Shown: piece by piece, positions 39,802 to 49,614 of the stretch | Layout: each line of letters opens with the position of its first letter | Position numbering within the stretch: the stretch's first letter is position 1 | Assembly (NCBI GenBank): GCA_965217035.1 | Contig: OZ244226.1 | Coordinates: 1,408,146-1,472,145, forward strand | Origin: Bacteriovoracaceae bacterium | GTDB taxonomy: Bacteria > Bdellovibrionota > Bacteriovoracia > Bacteriovoracales > Bacteriovoracaceae | DNA: 64,000 bases | Direction of reading: 5' to 3' | Made by a program: the position numbers and the translations under genes | The notes under the pieces: generated by a model | Database searches by the model: none | Told to the model about the DNA's origin: nothing | Seen by the model: the letters and a program-made list of their open reading frames with translations, nothing else

Positions 39802-41531
39802 TACCAATCTTTCCTCTTGTTTTGATTATCTTTTTTATTTGTTGATGTATCCAATAATTGCTTTTGAAGCTTTCTATCATCATTCAAAAGCTGTTTTAAT
39901 AAACCTGGAAGCTTCTTTTTTCTTTTTTTGTCATTTTTCTTTTGGTCACCTTGATCACTTTTTTCCTGCTCTTCCTTCTTCTTATCACTATCTCCTTGAT
40001 CTTTGTCGCCTTTATCCTGTTGATTTTTTTTCTCTTTTTTATTTTTCTTTTCTTGTCCTTCAGATTTTTGTTTTTTATCTTTAGAGTCTCCCTTATCTCC
40101 TTTTTTCTTTTTTTCTTTGTCTGATTTTTTTTGTTGTTTGAGCGCTAAGAGAGTATTTTTACGCACATCTTCTAATAATTTTTCATTCTCTTCAGAGGGA
40201 TTTTTCTCAAGATACTTTTTTATATTTTTCAGATTCTTAAGTGATTCTTTGAATTCTTTTTTTCTAAGTTTTGTTGTCGCCCAATTGAAATGATCATACT
40301 TTGTTTGATCATTAACACTTTCATTTTTCAAGATTTTTTCGTATATAACATCTGCTTTATCATCAACTTTATTCTGTGAATACTTGGATGCCAAATCAAG
40401 TTTCTCTTCTTCTGAAAGTTCTCTTTTTTTCCATTTATTTAAATAATTCTGAATCTCTTCTTCTCTTTTAACTTCTTCTGGCGAAGGTGGCTTTTCCTCT
40501 TGTTCTTGTCCAAAAACTCGAGGTAAAAACATAATCAAAACCACGCTCAAGGCAACACCACTATTAAATGCCTTAAAAAACCTTAGAATAAAACTTAAGA
40601 TAAGAAGCAACACTCCTGGAATCATTAGAACTTCAGCATAAACCGGTCGAATAGTTACATTATCTTTACTTTTTCTATCTTCAACACTTTGATTAAAAAA
40701 ATTAAGAATTTCATCCGTTGGAAGCGAAAAACTAGATGCGATCCAGTAATTATAATATTTAATATCTTCTCCAATTTTCTTTAGAAAGTTTTCGTCTAAT
40801 TTTGTTGTAACATTCTTTCCTTGATGCTTTTTGAAACCTCTCGATATTCCACGACCATCCCTCAATGGAATAGGAGCTCCCCTGGCAGTTCCAACTCCAA
40901 CAACAGCAACTGTAATATTTTCAGGAACTTCTAAGTTAAAACCTTGATTTGTTTCTTCAGCATCTGTGATGATAATGATATTTCCCGCCGATTTCTTCTT
41001 ACCTGTTCCAAAATATTGAATTGACTCTTGAATTGCCTGCTTTAATCCAGTACCACCTCCTGAAACTCCAATATCTGAAAGCGCAGCGACACGAGAATCT
41101 AGAAGCTCTCTATCCATGGTGAAAGGCACTAATTTTTTGTGAGTATCTGAAAACAAGATAACTGAAATCTTATGACCGGCAGAGTTTTTAATAAAATGCC
41201 TTGCTATAAAAACAGCCTTTCCATATCTATTCGGCCTAACATCTTCAGCAAGCATACTCAAAGAACTATCTATTAAAAGTATGGTTTTTTTGTCAGAAAC
41301 CTCTCCTTCGACTTTCTGTTCAGCCCCACGTAGATCGAGTAAACTCAATAACAAAAACCCGATTGCTAAAATAAAAGCAAACGAAGACAACTTGCTCGTT
41401 AAACTTCTTTCATAGAACCAATTATCATAAACCCAATCATAGAAGCTTTTTTCATTCTTTCTAAGAAAGAAGACAATCAATGCCAAAGAAACAACAACCA
41501 GATAAATATAATTTGAGTAAACAAAACTCAC
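39801..41531 (-). CDS. batB: VWA protein BatB fused to a BatC-like TPR and charged tail
   Basis: MIDAS DSSLSM, AEDVRPNR, GVGTARGAPIP, TPR-like segment, K/D/Q-rich tail ending KDW. Start reassigned to GTG 41531 (GTGA overlap with batA). Confidence 0.85.
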   Translation of the reverse strand: MSFVYSNYIYLVVVSLALIVFFLRKNEKSFYDWVYDNWFYERSLTSKLSSFAFILAIGFLLLSLLDLRGAEQKVEGEVSDKKTILLIDSSLSMLAEDVRPNRYGKAVFIARHFIKNSAGHKISVILFSDTHKKLVPFTMDRELLDSRVAALSDIGVSGGGTGLKQAIQESIQYFGTGKKKSAGNIIIITDAEETNQGFNLEVPENITVAVVGVGTARGAPIPLRDGRGISRGFKKHQGKNVTTKLDENFLKKIGEDIKYYNYWIASSFSLPTDEILNFFNQSVEDRKSKDNVTIRPVYAEVLMIPGVLLLILSFILRFFKAFNSGVALSVVLIMFLPRVFGQEQEEKPPSPEEVKREEEIQNYLNKWKKRELSEEEKLDLASKYSQNKVDDKADVIYEKILKNESVNDQTKYDHFNWATTKLRKKEFKESLKNLKNIKKYLEKNPSEENEKLLEDVRKNTLLALKQQKKSDKEKKKKGDKGDSKDKKQKSEGQEKKNKKEKKNQQDKGDKDQGDSDKKKEEQEKSDQGDQKKNDKKRKKKLPGLLKQLLNDDRKLQKQLLDTSTNKKDNQNKRKDW

Positions 41532-42502
41532 ACAACCTCTTTTAGAAAAAACCTCTTTGAAGCTTCTGCGACCCCAAAAAGAATCAAACCCCAAAATAAA
41601 TATTCATAATATAATTCTTCATAAATAACTTGGGATTGAACTTTTATTTCCGTCCTTTCTAATTTTTCAATTTCGATCAAGATGTCTTTTAATGAATTTT
41701 CATCCTGAGCTCTAAAACTTATCCCGCCTGTCATTTTAGAAATTTCTTCAAGTGTTTTCATATCAATAGATCCTCCAGGAATTCTCTGATAATGAGTTCC
41801 AAAAATTCCCTTTCCCACAGGTATTCGAGCATCCCGATCAGAACCTAAACCTATCGTATAAACTTTTATATCAAACTCTTTAGCTTTTTCTGCTGATTCG
41901 ATTGGAGTCAGTGTTCCAACGTTATTAACACCATCAGTAAGCAAAACAATGATTTTATTCTTTGTTTCGCTAGCCTCTGCTCTCGCAACGGCCAAACCCA
42001 ATGCATCTCCAATATTTGTTCCCGAACCAAGTTGTCCAACTGAAATTTGACCCATAACTCTATTAATCAAAGAAGCATCTGTTGTAAGTGGTAATAATGT
42101 AAAAACTTTTTCAGAAAAAACAATAACTCCAATTCTATCTTTAGGCCTTAAAGCTGCAAATTCACGTAATTTTTTCTTCGCTACCTCAAGCCTATTAGGA
42201 GAAAGATCTTCTGCTAGCATTGATCGAGATACATCAATAACGAGAAAGATATCATTTACTTCTTTTGTATTCGGAGAAAAACTTTGAGGCTTTCTTGGAA
42301 AAGTTAATGAATAACTCAAATAGCCTATTCCCAAGATACCAATCGAAAAAATAAGTAATCTCAATAGATTTCCTACATCATTCTTTTTCTCTCTTTTTAT
42401 ATAAAAAAGCCTAGAAGGATTAAACACTTTCCAAAAGTCTAAACTCCAGACAATTGCCAAGACTAGGCCTAGCAAAAAAAGATATTCGTACTTAAACTCC
42501 AT
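41528..42502 (-). CDS. batA: VWA protein BatA
   Basis: DVSRSMLAED, NRLEVAK, DRIGVIVF, GTNIGDAL, LLTDGVNN, KVYTIG. Confidence 0.9.
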   Translation of the reverse strand: MEFKYEYLFLLGLVLAIVWSLDFWKVFNPSRLFYIKREKKNDVGNLLRLLIFSIGILGIGYLSYSLTFPRKPQSFSPNTKEVNDIFLVIDVSRSMLAEDLSPNRLEVAKKKLREFAALRPKDRIGVIVFSEKVFTLLPLTTDASLINRVMGQISVGQLGSGTNIGDALGLAVARAEASETKNKIIVLLTDGVNNVGTLTPIESAEKAKEFDIKVYTIGLGSDRDARIPVGKGIFGTHYQRIPGGSIDMKTLEEISKMTGGISFRAQDENSLKDILIEIEKLERTEIKVQSQVIYEELYYEYLFWGLILFGVAEASKRFFLKEVV

Positions 42503-43232
42503 TTTCTATTAACTTTTCCTTAACTTTATTAAAGTCTTCAGTAACTTGTGCCATATCATCCTGAGACCACTCTTTTTTATACTGATGCTTATTTAATGTT
42601 TTTATAAATTTTTTAGATATATTTCCTACTAACGGCATCCATTTGTTTCTTTCTTTATAGATTCGTTCATAATCCTCTCGCTTATAACAAGCTTTGAAAG
42701 CTCTAACCCAGTTTTGATGGTATTCTTTTTCTTCCCTTAAAGCTTTTTTGTGATCTAAATATCTTTTCAAGAGAACAAAACCAATAAAGAAAAAAATCAC
42801 AGCAAGAATATAAAACAAATAATTTAACTCTCCTGGGATATTAAAAGACCTCGTATAATAGCGAAATTGCGCTTCGGGTTTTAATTCTACTCTGTTTAAT
42901 TTTTCTGGATTAATAAAATTTAAACTTAGTGGCTTAGAGAGTTGAATCGTAATATTACCAAGGAATTTAGTATCATCATAGAAAGTGTTCAATCCAATTA
43001 TTGTCTTACCTTCTTCGTTTTTAACAAAACCAATATTATAAACATAAAAAGGGCCCAATTTTTTTTCAGATTTTTTTATCGCTTCATTCAGATCTTCTTC
43101 TAAAAAAACACCCTCTATTCTCATGACGACATTAACAGGATCACCATGAAGAACTTCATTATCAGAAACAATCTCCAAAGTGTTAGCCAAAAGTCCCGAA
43201 GTAAATAAATAAAAAAATATTAAAATTTTCAT
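42492..43232 (-). CDS. Hypothetical single-TM protein of the bat locus
   Basis: Signal peptide plus one TM. Overlaps both neighbours. Conserved slot between DUF58 and batA. Confidence 0.75.
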   Translation of the reverse strand: MKILIFFYLFTSGLLANTLEIVSDNEVLHGDPVNVVMRIEGVFLEEDLNEAIKKSEKKLGPFYVYNIGFVKNEEGKTIIGLNTFYDDTKFLGNITIQLSKPLSLNFINPEKLNRVELKPEAQFRYYTRSFNIPGELNYLFYILAVIFFFIGFVLLKRYLDHKKALREEKEYHQNWVRAFKACYKREDYERIYKERNKWMPLVGNISKKFIKTLNKHQYKKEWSQDDMAQVTEDFNKVKEKLIENGV

Positions 43233-44077
43233 GCGCTAATTTTATTAACAAAGTTCTCTAAATAGGTTTCAGAAACATCAACCTCTTTAATCCTTTTACC
43301 TGCATCATCAATTTGCTTTGTCTTTTTCCCTTTTTCTCTATAAACATATTGAGATTTTTTTGAATTATCCGTCCCAATAAAACTAAAAGGAATACTATCT
43401 GCTCTATCAAGCGGACAACTCAATCGAAAACAATGAAAATTTCGGCTGTAGACAAGTTTTTTTATATCTTTTAGTTCGTCAAAATTATAAAAGTCACTTA
43501 AGAAAACAACTTCCTTTTTTCTTGCAACAAAGGATTTTAATAAGCTTGTTCTTTTATTCTTATCTACAGGAGTAAAGTCTCTGGGTTCACGAACAACTTT
43601 TCCGTTATTATCCAGATAACCAATTTTTTCTAAAAAGGATATAAGAACGGTAATCCCTTCTTTCCCTGATAGACTTGGTAGTTGCGTAATTTCTTTATGA
43701 AAAACAACAACCTTAACCCTATCTTTCGTAATATTCGTTAAAAGATATAAAAGACATGTCAACTCAATGGCCATTTGCAACTTCGAAACACCTCGATAAC
43801 CCATTAATAATGTCTCTGCGATATCAATGACTACCACGACTTCAACATTTCTATCTTCTTCAAATGTTTTTATATAGGTTTTTCCAACTGATTTTGCTGA
43901 GAGCTTCCAATCTATAAATCTAACGTCATCACCAGGGTTATAGAGTTGATGTTCACGAAACTGGAGTCCTGCGCCTCGAAAATGAGATTTGAAAGCTCCA
44001 ACCGACTGGCTGTTTGCCTTTTTAAAAAGTTGGTTTTGAATCTTTCCTACAACTTTTTCAATTTCAATTAAGTTCAT
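43229..44077 (-). CDS. DUF58 family protein
   Basis: GAGLQFREHQLYNPGDDVRFIDWK, FLSDF. Confidence 0.92.
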   Translation of the reverse strand: MNLIEIEKVVGKIQNQLFKKANSQSVGAFKSHFRGAGLQFREHQLYNPGDDVRFIDWKLSAKSVGKTYIKTFEEDRNVEVVVVIDIAETLLMGYRGVSKLQMAIELTCLLYLLTNITKDRVKVVVFHKEITQLPSLSGKEGITVLISFLEKIGYLDNNGKVVREPRDFTPVDKNKRTSLLKSFVARKKEVVFLSDFYNFDELKDIKKLVYSRNFHCFRLSCPLDRADSIPFSFIGTDNSKKSQYVYREKGKKTKQIDDAGKRIKEVDVSETYLENFVNKISA

Positions 44078-45021
44078 AAGCAGCTTTTGGCAATGTCTCT
44101 CACAACTGTTCTTACATCAATTCTATCAATTATCGCTTCATAAGAAAGAATCACTCTATGACCAAGAACAGCAGGCACGACAGACATAATATGATCAGGA
44201 CCAACAAAATCTTTTCCTTCTAAAAATGCTTTAAACTTCGCTATTTTAAACAACCAAATACTTGCCCTAGGTGAAGCTCCAGCAGTAATAACTCCTTCAT
44301 ATTCTTTAGGAAAATGATCGGAACTAGGTCTTGTTGCATGAGTAATTCTAACAATTAAGTCTTTGATTTTTTCATCTACATAGATTGATTCAACTGTTTC
44401 TTTCAGATTTTTTAAACTGTCTTCATTCAAAATAGGCTCAAAGGTTTGTTCATATTCTTTTTTAAGATCTAAAATATTTTTTTCAGATTCAAAATCAGGA
44501 TAATCAACAACTACTTTCATCATAAATCGATCTAATTGAGCTTCTGGCAAATTATAAGTTCCTTCTTGCTCAATTGGATTTTGAGTTGCGAGAACAACAA
44601 AGGGGTTCTTTAATTTGTATGATTCATCTCCGATTGTTACTTGTCTTTCAGCCATTGCTTCTAGCAATGCTGCTTGAACCTTCGCAGGAGATCGATTAAT
44701 CTCATCTGCCAATAAAATCTGAGTAAAGATAGGTCCGAACTTTGTTGAAAACTCTTCCTTTGTTTGATTATAAACCATCGTTCCAATTAAATCTGAAGGT
44801 AAAAGATCAGGAGTAAACTGAACCCTCTTAAAACCAACATTACAAAGTTTACTCATGGTCGAAACACTTAATGTTTTTCCCAGACCTGGCATCCCTTCAA
44901 TAAGAAGGTGGCCTTCACAAACAAGGGCACAAATAATTGCTTCAAGCATTTCATCTTGACCAAAAACAATACTCTTTGCTTGGTTGAGTGCTTGATTCAC
45001 TTTTTCAACTAATTGACTCAT
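44074..45021 (-). CDS. moxR: MoxR-family AAA+ ATPase
   Basis: EGMPGLGKT, RVQFTPDLLPSD, LLADEINR, ATQNPIEQEGTY, LPEAQLDRF, GASPR. Confidence 0.96.
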   Translation of the reverse strand: MSQLVEKVNQALNQAKSIVFGQDEMLEAIICALVCEGHLLIEGMPGLGKTLSVSTMSKLCNVGFKRVQFTPDLLPSDLIGTMVYNQTKEEFSTKFGPIFTQILLADEINRSPAKVQAALLEAMAERQVTIGDESYKLKNPFVVLATQNPIEQEGTYNLPEAQLDRFMMKVVVDYPDFESEKNILDLKKEYEQTFEPILNEDSLKNLKETVESIYVDEKIKDLIVRITHATRPSSDHFPKEYEGVITAGASPRASIWLFKIAKFKAFLEGKDFVGPDHIMSVVPAVLGHRVILSYEAIIDRIDVRTVVRDIAKSCL

Positions 45022-45131
45022 TAACTTGAACTCCGTCTTTATAATAAGTTACTTAAATCATTACTCATTGTAGCAGAAAATAGTATGTATGAATGCCAAG
45101 GGAAGGTAAAAATCTTGTAAGATATTTCTGA

Positions 45132-45494
45132 TTAAGCTGCTTTATTATTATCTTCTTTAGCTGTAAAAATCTCATTCATTGAACGCATTTTATTGACTAA
45201 AGTTCGGATAATAAAAATGCCGTTTTTACCAATACTTTGCATGACTTGTTGATCGATAACTTTAAGCGTGGTGTCCTGAACACACATAACGGTTGCTGAC
45301 CGAGGATTTTGATCAAAAAAAGCAAACTCTCCAACAAAATTACCTTTACCAATAATGTTTACTGGGATGTTCTCTTCTCCACCTTGCTCTTTACATAAAA
45401 TTGCAACTAAACCTGATTCAATATAATACATTTCAGTGCTTTTTTCGCCTTCATGAAATAAAATAGAGCCTTTTTTCAAAATCCGAGATTCCAT
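45132..45494 (-). CDS. Stand-alone cyclic-nucleotide-binding domain protein
   Basis: LFHEGE, MYYIESGLV and phosphate-binding cassette GEFAFFDQNPRSATV. Confidence 0.88.
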   Translation of the reverse strand: MESRILKKGSILFHEGEKSTEMYYIESGLVAILCKEQGGEENIPVNIIGKGNFVGEFAFFDQNPRSATVMCVQDTTLKVIDQQVMQSIGKNGIFIIRTLVNKMRSMNEIFTAKEDNNKAA

Positions 45495-45609
45495 AGGTAT
45501 TTTTTCGAAATTTTTTAAATTTTCTTTAGAATAGTTTGCTCTGTTGACAAGTCTGGTCAGGTTAAAATTTTATAATGACCAAAAGACACATTTTAAAAAT
45601 GAGAAGGAT

Positions 45610-45641
45610 GAGAGTGTGCTCTCAAAAGGAAACACACTCTC
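45610..45641 (-). terminator. Stem-loop just downstream of the GNGGD-protein gene
   Basis: GAGAGTGTG-N14-CACACTCTC 9-bp inverted repeat, 8 bp after the stop. No clean U-tract. Confidence 0.4.
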
Positions 45642-45649
45642 TGAAGATA

Positions 45650-47638
45650 CTATAAATTTTTAAGGATTTTTAAGGCCCCCTCTCGAACCACTTCATTTTG
45701 GGAGGTTTGAGAAAGTCTTTCTAGATGAGTAATTGTTACTTTATTTAAACTTTTCGCTCTTCCAATCGCTATAAGGACTGCTTTTTTTTCATAATTTGAA
45801 AGCTTATATTTTGAGTATAGATAAACAACAATTTGCTCTGCTTGTGACTCGTTTATATTCCTCGCTTCGCTGAGTCCATACAATCCATCGCCTCCTTCCG
45901 CTTCGGCCCTCTTGAGAAAATGATCGAAAAGCCTTGGAAGTTCTTCTGGCCGTCTTGCAAAATAACGGAACAGACACCCTAGCCTATTAGTTCCAAAAGG
46001 TATTCTTTGTACCTTTTGATAGAAAATCCTCTTATAAGGACTTAATAAGAGATTGTCCCAAGCCGTATAAATTTTATTTCTAAAATCATCAGAAATATTA
46101 ATAACTAAATCACGACCCATAACCTCACTCTTTAATAATATTTGATCAAAATTATTATTAAAAAATTCTCTCATTTCATTTAAGTGTTCATTAGGATAAG
46201 AGGCAGTCAATTCAACAAAGTTCGCTGTATAAAAAACTTTTTTACGGCCTAACCAAAAATCTCTTCCTTCTTGAATTATTAATTTTTTATAAAAATTTCT
46301 TATTTTTTTATTTTTGATTAAGTCCGTGAAATAAGAAGATCTTGCATGACTTGCATAATACCTTTTGTATAACTCATTATAACCCCTGAACTCACGAAAG
46401 GGATTAGAGTAAAACATCTTAAAACTATCAAAAGAACTTTTAATCTTTTCTAAAGATTTTTCACCATAAGATCTTAAGATCACCGAACTTGCAGAAGCTG
46501 TATAACGATAATAGATTCTCGGGAGAATTTGATGGTTGTATCTATTAAACCTTTTCATCAAAGCTTGCTCTAAATTCTCATAGTTTTCCCAAACATCTTT
46601 TTTAAATCTTTCACTGAGGCCATTTACTTTAAACTGAGCAAGCACTCCTAAGGGATAAATTTTCTCTTTGAAGTTATCGTTATTATAAGAAAAGTAAATA
46701 TTTTCTAATTCCTCAATAAAAATACGTATTTCTTCTTTTTTATAGTCTAAGTTTTGAAAATTAAATCCATTTAATGAAATTGAACCTATCCCGAAAATAA
46801 AAGTTTTAACAAAACTTTTATTTACTAAGTTCATTTCGACAATGAGCTCAATTAAGCGATGGAGATCTTTGGATGAAAGGCTACTTGTCTTTTCATTAAG
46901 TTTCTTCCACTTTTCTTTACTCGATGACCTAAAAAACTCTTGAATACATGCTTTTTTTGCAATCTCGGTATCAATTTCATCCAATACGTCTAAAAAATCT
47001 CTTCGGGTATACTGACATTTCTTAGCTAAAAAAGAATTTTTCCCATAAATAGAGCTATCCAAACTTGAGTTTGAAAGATCTCCAATAGAAAGTTTAAAAG
47101 TTAATCTTCTCGCAAGAACTGAGTCTTCATAACCAGCACCAACTAATTCATTATAAATAATTTCATGAATAATAAATCCCGCTTTTTGACTATCAGAAAG
47201 ATTCTCCCAGATTCTTTCATCAATAACGTATCGTCTTTTATCGTTGTCATAATCTGGATACTGAACGATAGCCTGTTTGATATAACAATGATCTTCCAAA
47301 TAAACATCTCCATGATCTGGAATATCAATTAAATCTTCTCTCACAAATTCAGTTTCGTTTTCAAAAAGTTTCGCTAGTCTTTTGTATTCACGACCTCGGC
47401 TTGCTTCTTTTCCTTTGGACTCTAAAACTTTAAAAGTATTCAGTACTTTTTTAAGAACTGTCTCTCCTAAAAGATTTACCTCTACCTGATAATTCATCCT
47501 TCCTTCATAATAATCTAAGAGTTCGTATGTCGTTCTGCCATCAATTGAACAAATAACAACATCTCCTCCATTTCCTTTTCTACTTGCATGGGAGTTAACT
47601 CCAATAAGCAATAAAATTGTTGCTAAGCAAATTTTCAT
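45650..47638 (-). CDS. Secreted protein with N-terminal 'GNGGD' domain and HE motif, plus helical C-terminal region
   Basis: Signal peptide ending SHA, then SRKGNGGDVVIC, ELLDYYEG, DIPDHG, CYIKQ, KAGFIIHEIIY. HEAT-like C-terminal end. Confidence 0.8.
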   Translation of the reverse strand: MKICLATILLLIGVNSHASRKGNGGDVVICSIDGRTTYELLDYYEGRMNYQVEVNLLGETVLKKVLNTFKVLESKGKEASRGREYKRLAKLFENETEFVREDLIDIPDHGDVYLEDHCYIKQAIVQYPDYDNDKRRYVIDERIWENLSDSQKAGFIIHEIIYNELVGAGYEDSVLARRLTFKLSIGDLSNSSLDSSIYGKNSFLAKKCQYTRRDFLDVLDEIDTEIAKKACIQEFFRSSSKEKWKKLNEKTSSLSSKDLHRLIELIVEMNLVNKSFVKTFIFGIGSISLNGFNFQNLDYKKEEIRIFIEELENIYFSYNNDNFKEKIYPLGVLAQFKVNGLSERFKKDVWENYENLEQALMKRFNRYNHQILPRIYYRYTASASSVILRSYGEKSLEKIKSSFDSFKMFYSNPFREFRGYNELYKRYYASHARSSYFTDLIKNKKIRNFYKKLIIQEGRDFWLGRKKVFYTANFVELTASYPNEHLNEMREFFNNNFDQILLKSEVMGRDLVINISDDFRNKIYTAWDNLLLSPYKRIFYQKVQRIPFGTNRLGCLFRYFARRPEELPRLFDHFLKRAEAEGGDGLYGLSEARNINESQAEQIVVYLYSKYKLSNYEKKAVLIAIGRAKSLNKVTITHLERLSQTSQNEVVREGALKILKNL

Positions 47639-48423
47639 TTTGTTACCTCTTTATCGTTTTTGGTTAAAGGAAAAAATTGAGTTCCAAGCATATAGACCTC
47701 ATTTTTCTCCATATCACTCTGATCAATTAAATTATATATCTTGTCTTGAAACTCTCTAATGAGAGTTTTAATAACAGGTATCTGATTTGAATTAATTGCA
47801 ATTGTAAGTGAGGAAAAATCCCTCATCATTATTTCAACTTCGTTTAATTTCTCTTCAGCCAGTTCTAAAGATTCTTTATGGGAAGTCTTCAATGCTTCAG
47901 AACTAACATCAAAAGTCGTTTCCAAACTTTCAGCAAGTAATTGAAAGTTATTTTCATCTGTAGATATGAAACCTAAATGCTCTAAGGTTTTAATGACGTT
48001 CCAAGTCTTATCCTGAGAAATACCTAATCTCTTTGAAATCCACTCACAATCTATTTTGTTATCATTTTTAGTTTTTAAGAGCTCAAAAATTGCAAAGTAC
48101 TCCCACTTTGCAATAAGATCATAATGAAGTTCTTCATCGACAATATGGCAGCCTCTCTCTCCAGAGTTTAATTCATCAAGTTTGTACTTTTTCTTGTAGC
48201 TAGAATTGATAAATTGACTTTTCTCAAAAGCAGTTAAGGATAGTTTTTTAGCTATAAATTCAGCTCTACGAGGAGGGAGACCTCTCTTACCGTTGATAAT
48301 CGCGCTGAGATTCGAACTATCTATTTCTAAATCTCGTGCCATTGCTCTCAGAGAATAAGAAGAGTTTGCCTTTCTTCTTAACTCTAAAATCTCGTTGAGT
48401 TTTTTTCCACAGTAATCATTCAT
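47635..48423 (-). CDS. TIGR02147/DUF4423-type HTH protein
   Basis: RRKANSSYSLRAMARDLEIDSSNLSAIINGKR (Xre-like HTH), WEYFAIFEL, second wHTH, RDFSSLTIA, VYMLGTQFFPLT. Confidence 0.88.
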   Translation of the reverse strand: MNDYCGKKLNEILELRRKANSSYSLRAMARDLEIDSSNLSAIINGKRGLPPRRAEFIAKKLSLTAFEKSQFINSSYKKKYKLDELNSGERGCHIVDEELHYDLIAKWEYFAIFELLKTKNDNKIDCEWISKRLGISQDKTWNVIKTLEHLGFISTDENNFQLLAESLETTFDVSSEALKTSHKESLELAEEKLNEVEIMMRDFSSLTIAINSNQIPVIKTLIREFQDKIYNLIDQSDMEKNEVYMLGTQFFPLTKNDKEVTK

Positions 48424-48429
48424 GGGAAA

Positions 48430-48468
48430 TGTATAAACTCAGCAAAATTGTATGACAATATTTTTGTC
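48430..48468 (-). promoter_or_regulatory. Leaderless promoter candidate with overlapping palindromic operator
   Basis: Minus strand TTGTCA-N17-TATACA ends 6 nt before the ATG, with no SD. GACAA-N5-TTGTC (48454-48468) overlaps the -35. Confidence 0.45.
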
Positions 48469-48540
48469 CACAAACCGCGCCAAACCAGTGGCGCAACAGA
48501 GAATAGCCAATATGTCGTTAAAAATTAAGAATACGAAAGG

Positions 48541-49614
48541 CTAGCTTAACTCACCTGTGCTTATAAAGTTTTCAATGAGCTCGCTATATTTCTTTAGATC
48601 AATGGAGTTCTGAGTCAACCATTCCTGGTTGTAGTACGAGTCTAAATATCTCTCTCCGGAATCACAAAGCATAGTTACGATACTGCCACTTTGTTTTCTT
48701 TTAATCATCTGGGCAATTAATTCAAAACAAGCAAAAATATTAGTACCAGTTGAAGCTCCACACTTTTTCCCAAGCTGCTTTTCTAAAAAATGTATCATCG
48801 CAATACTAGCAGAATCATTAACCTGGATCATCTCATCAACAACCGAGGGAATAAAAGAAGGCTCTACTCGAGGTCTCCCAATTCCTTCTATGCGAGAACA
48901 TTGCTCAATAGATAAGTTCTTATTACCAGTTTTAAAGAAATCATAAAAAACAGAGTTTTCTGGGTCAGCAACAATTAACTTCGCTCTTTCATCAAAACGA
49001 TTTTTAGAATAACGGATATAACGACCGATAGTTGCACTTGTTCCTCCTGTTCCTGCTCCAACAATAATATATTTAGGAACTGGATATCTTTCTTCTTTCA
49101 TCTGATCAAAAATACTTTCCGCAATATTATTATTTCCGCGCCAATCTGTCGCACGCTCAGCAAAAGTAAACTGATCCATATAATGACCATTCACTTCTTT
49201 TGCTAATCGATTCGCTTCGTCATAAATAGAAGTTCCATTTACGAAGTGACACTTTCCTCCATAAAATTCAATTTCTTCGATTTTTTTCTTAGCCGTTTTT
49301 TCAGGAATAACAGCAATAAAAGGAAGATTTAAAAGTCTTGCAAAATAAGCTTCTGAAATGGCCGTGCTTCCCGATGAAGCTTCAATAATCGTTGTGTCTT
49401 TGTTGATCCAAGAGTTTACCAACCCATACAAAAACAAAGAACGAGCAAGTCGATGCTTTAAGCTTCCTGTTGGATGAGTAGATTCATCTTTCAAATAAAG
49501 ATCTATATTGTTTTTCGTAAGAATCGGAAGCTCAAGTTTGATTAAATGGGTATCTGCTGAACGATTAAAATCAGCTTCAACTTGATGAATTGCCCAGTTA
49601 ACCCAACTTTCCAT
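48541..49614 (-). CDS. cds1: PLP-dependent cysteine synthase family protein, Cds1-type L-cysteine desulfhydrase
   Basis: [76 protein letters not shown]. Confidence 0.85.
   Translation of the reverse strand: MESWVNWAIHQVEADFNRSADTHLIKLELPILTKNNIDLYLKDESTHPTGSLKHRLARSLFLYGLVNSWINKDTTIIEASSGSTAISEAYFARLLNLPFIAVIPEKTAKKKIEEIEFYGGKCHFVNGTSIYDEANRLAKEVNGHYMDQFTFAERATDWRGNNNIAESIFDQMKEERYPVPKYIIVGAGTGGTSATIGRYIRYSKNRFDERAKLIVADPENSVFYDFFKTGNKNLSIEQCSRIEGIGRPRVEPSFIPSVVDEMIQVNDSASIAMIHFLEKQLGKKCGASTGTNIFACFELIAQMIKRKQSGSIVTMLCDSGERYLDSYYNQEWLTQNSIDLKKYSELIENFISTGELS

Noticed and set aside
39785..40124. Hydrophobic Phe-rich plus-strand ORFs and repeat-like DNA
   Set aside because: Antisense reading of the Lys-rich low-complexity BatB tail. 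There is no regular repeat-spacer periodicity, so it is not CRISPR.
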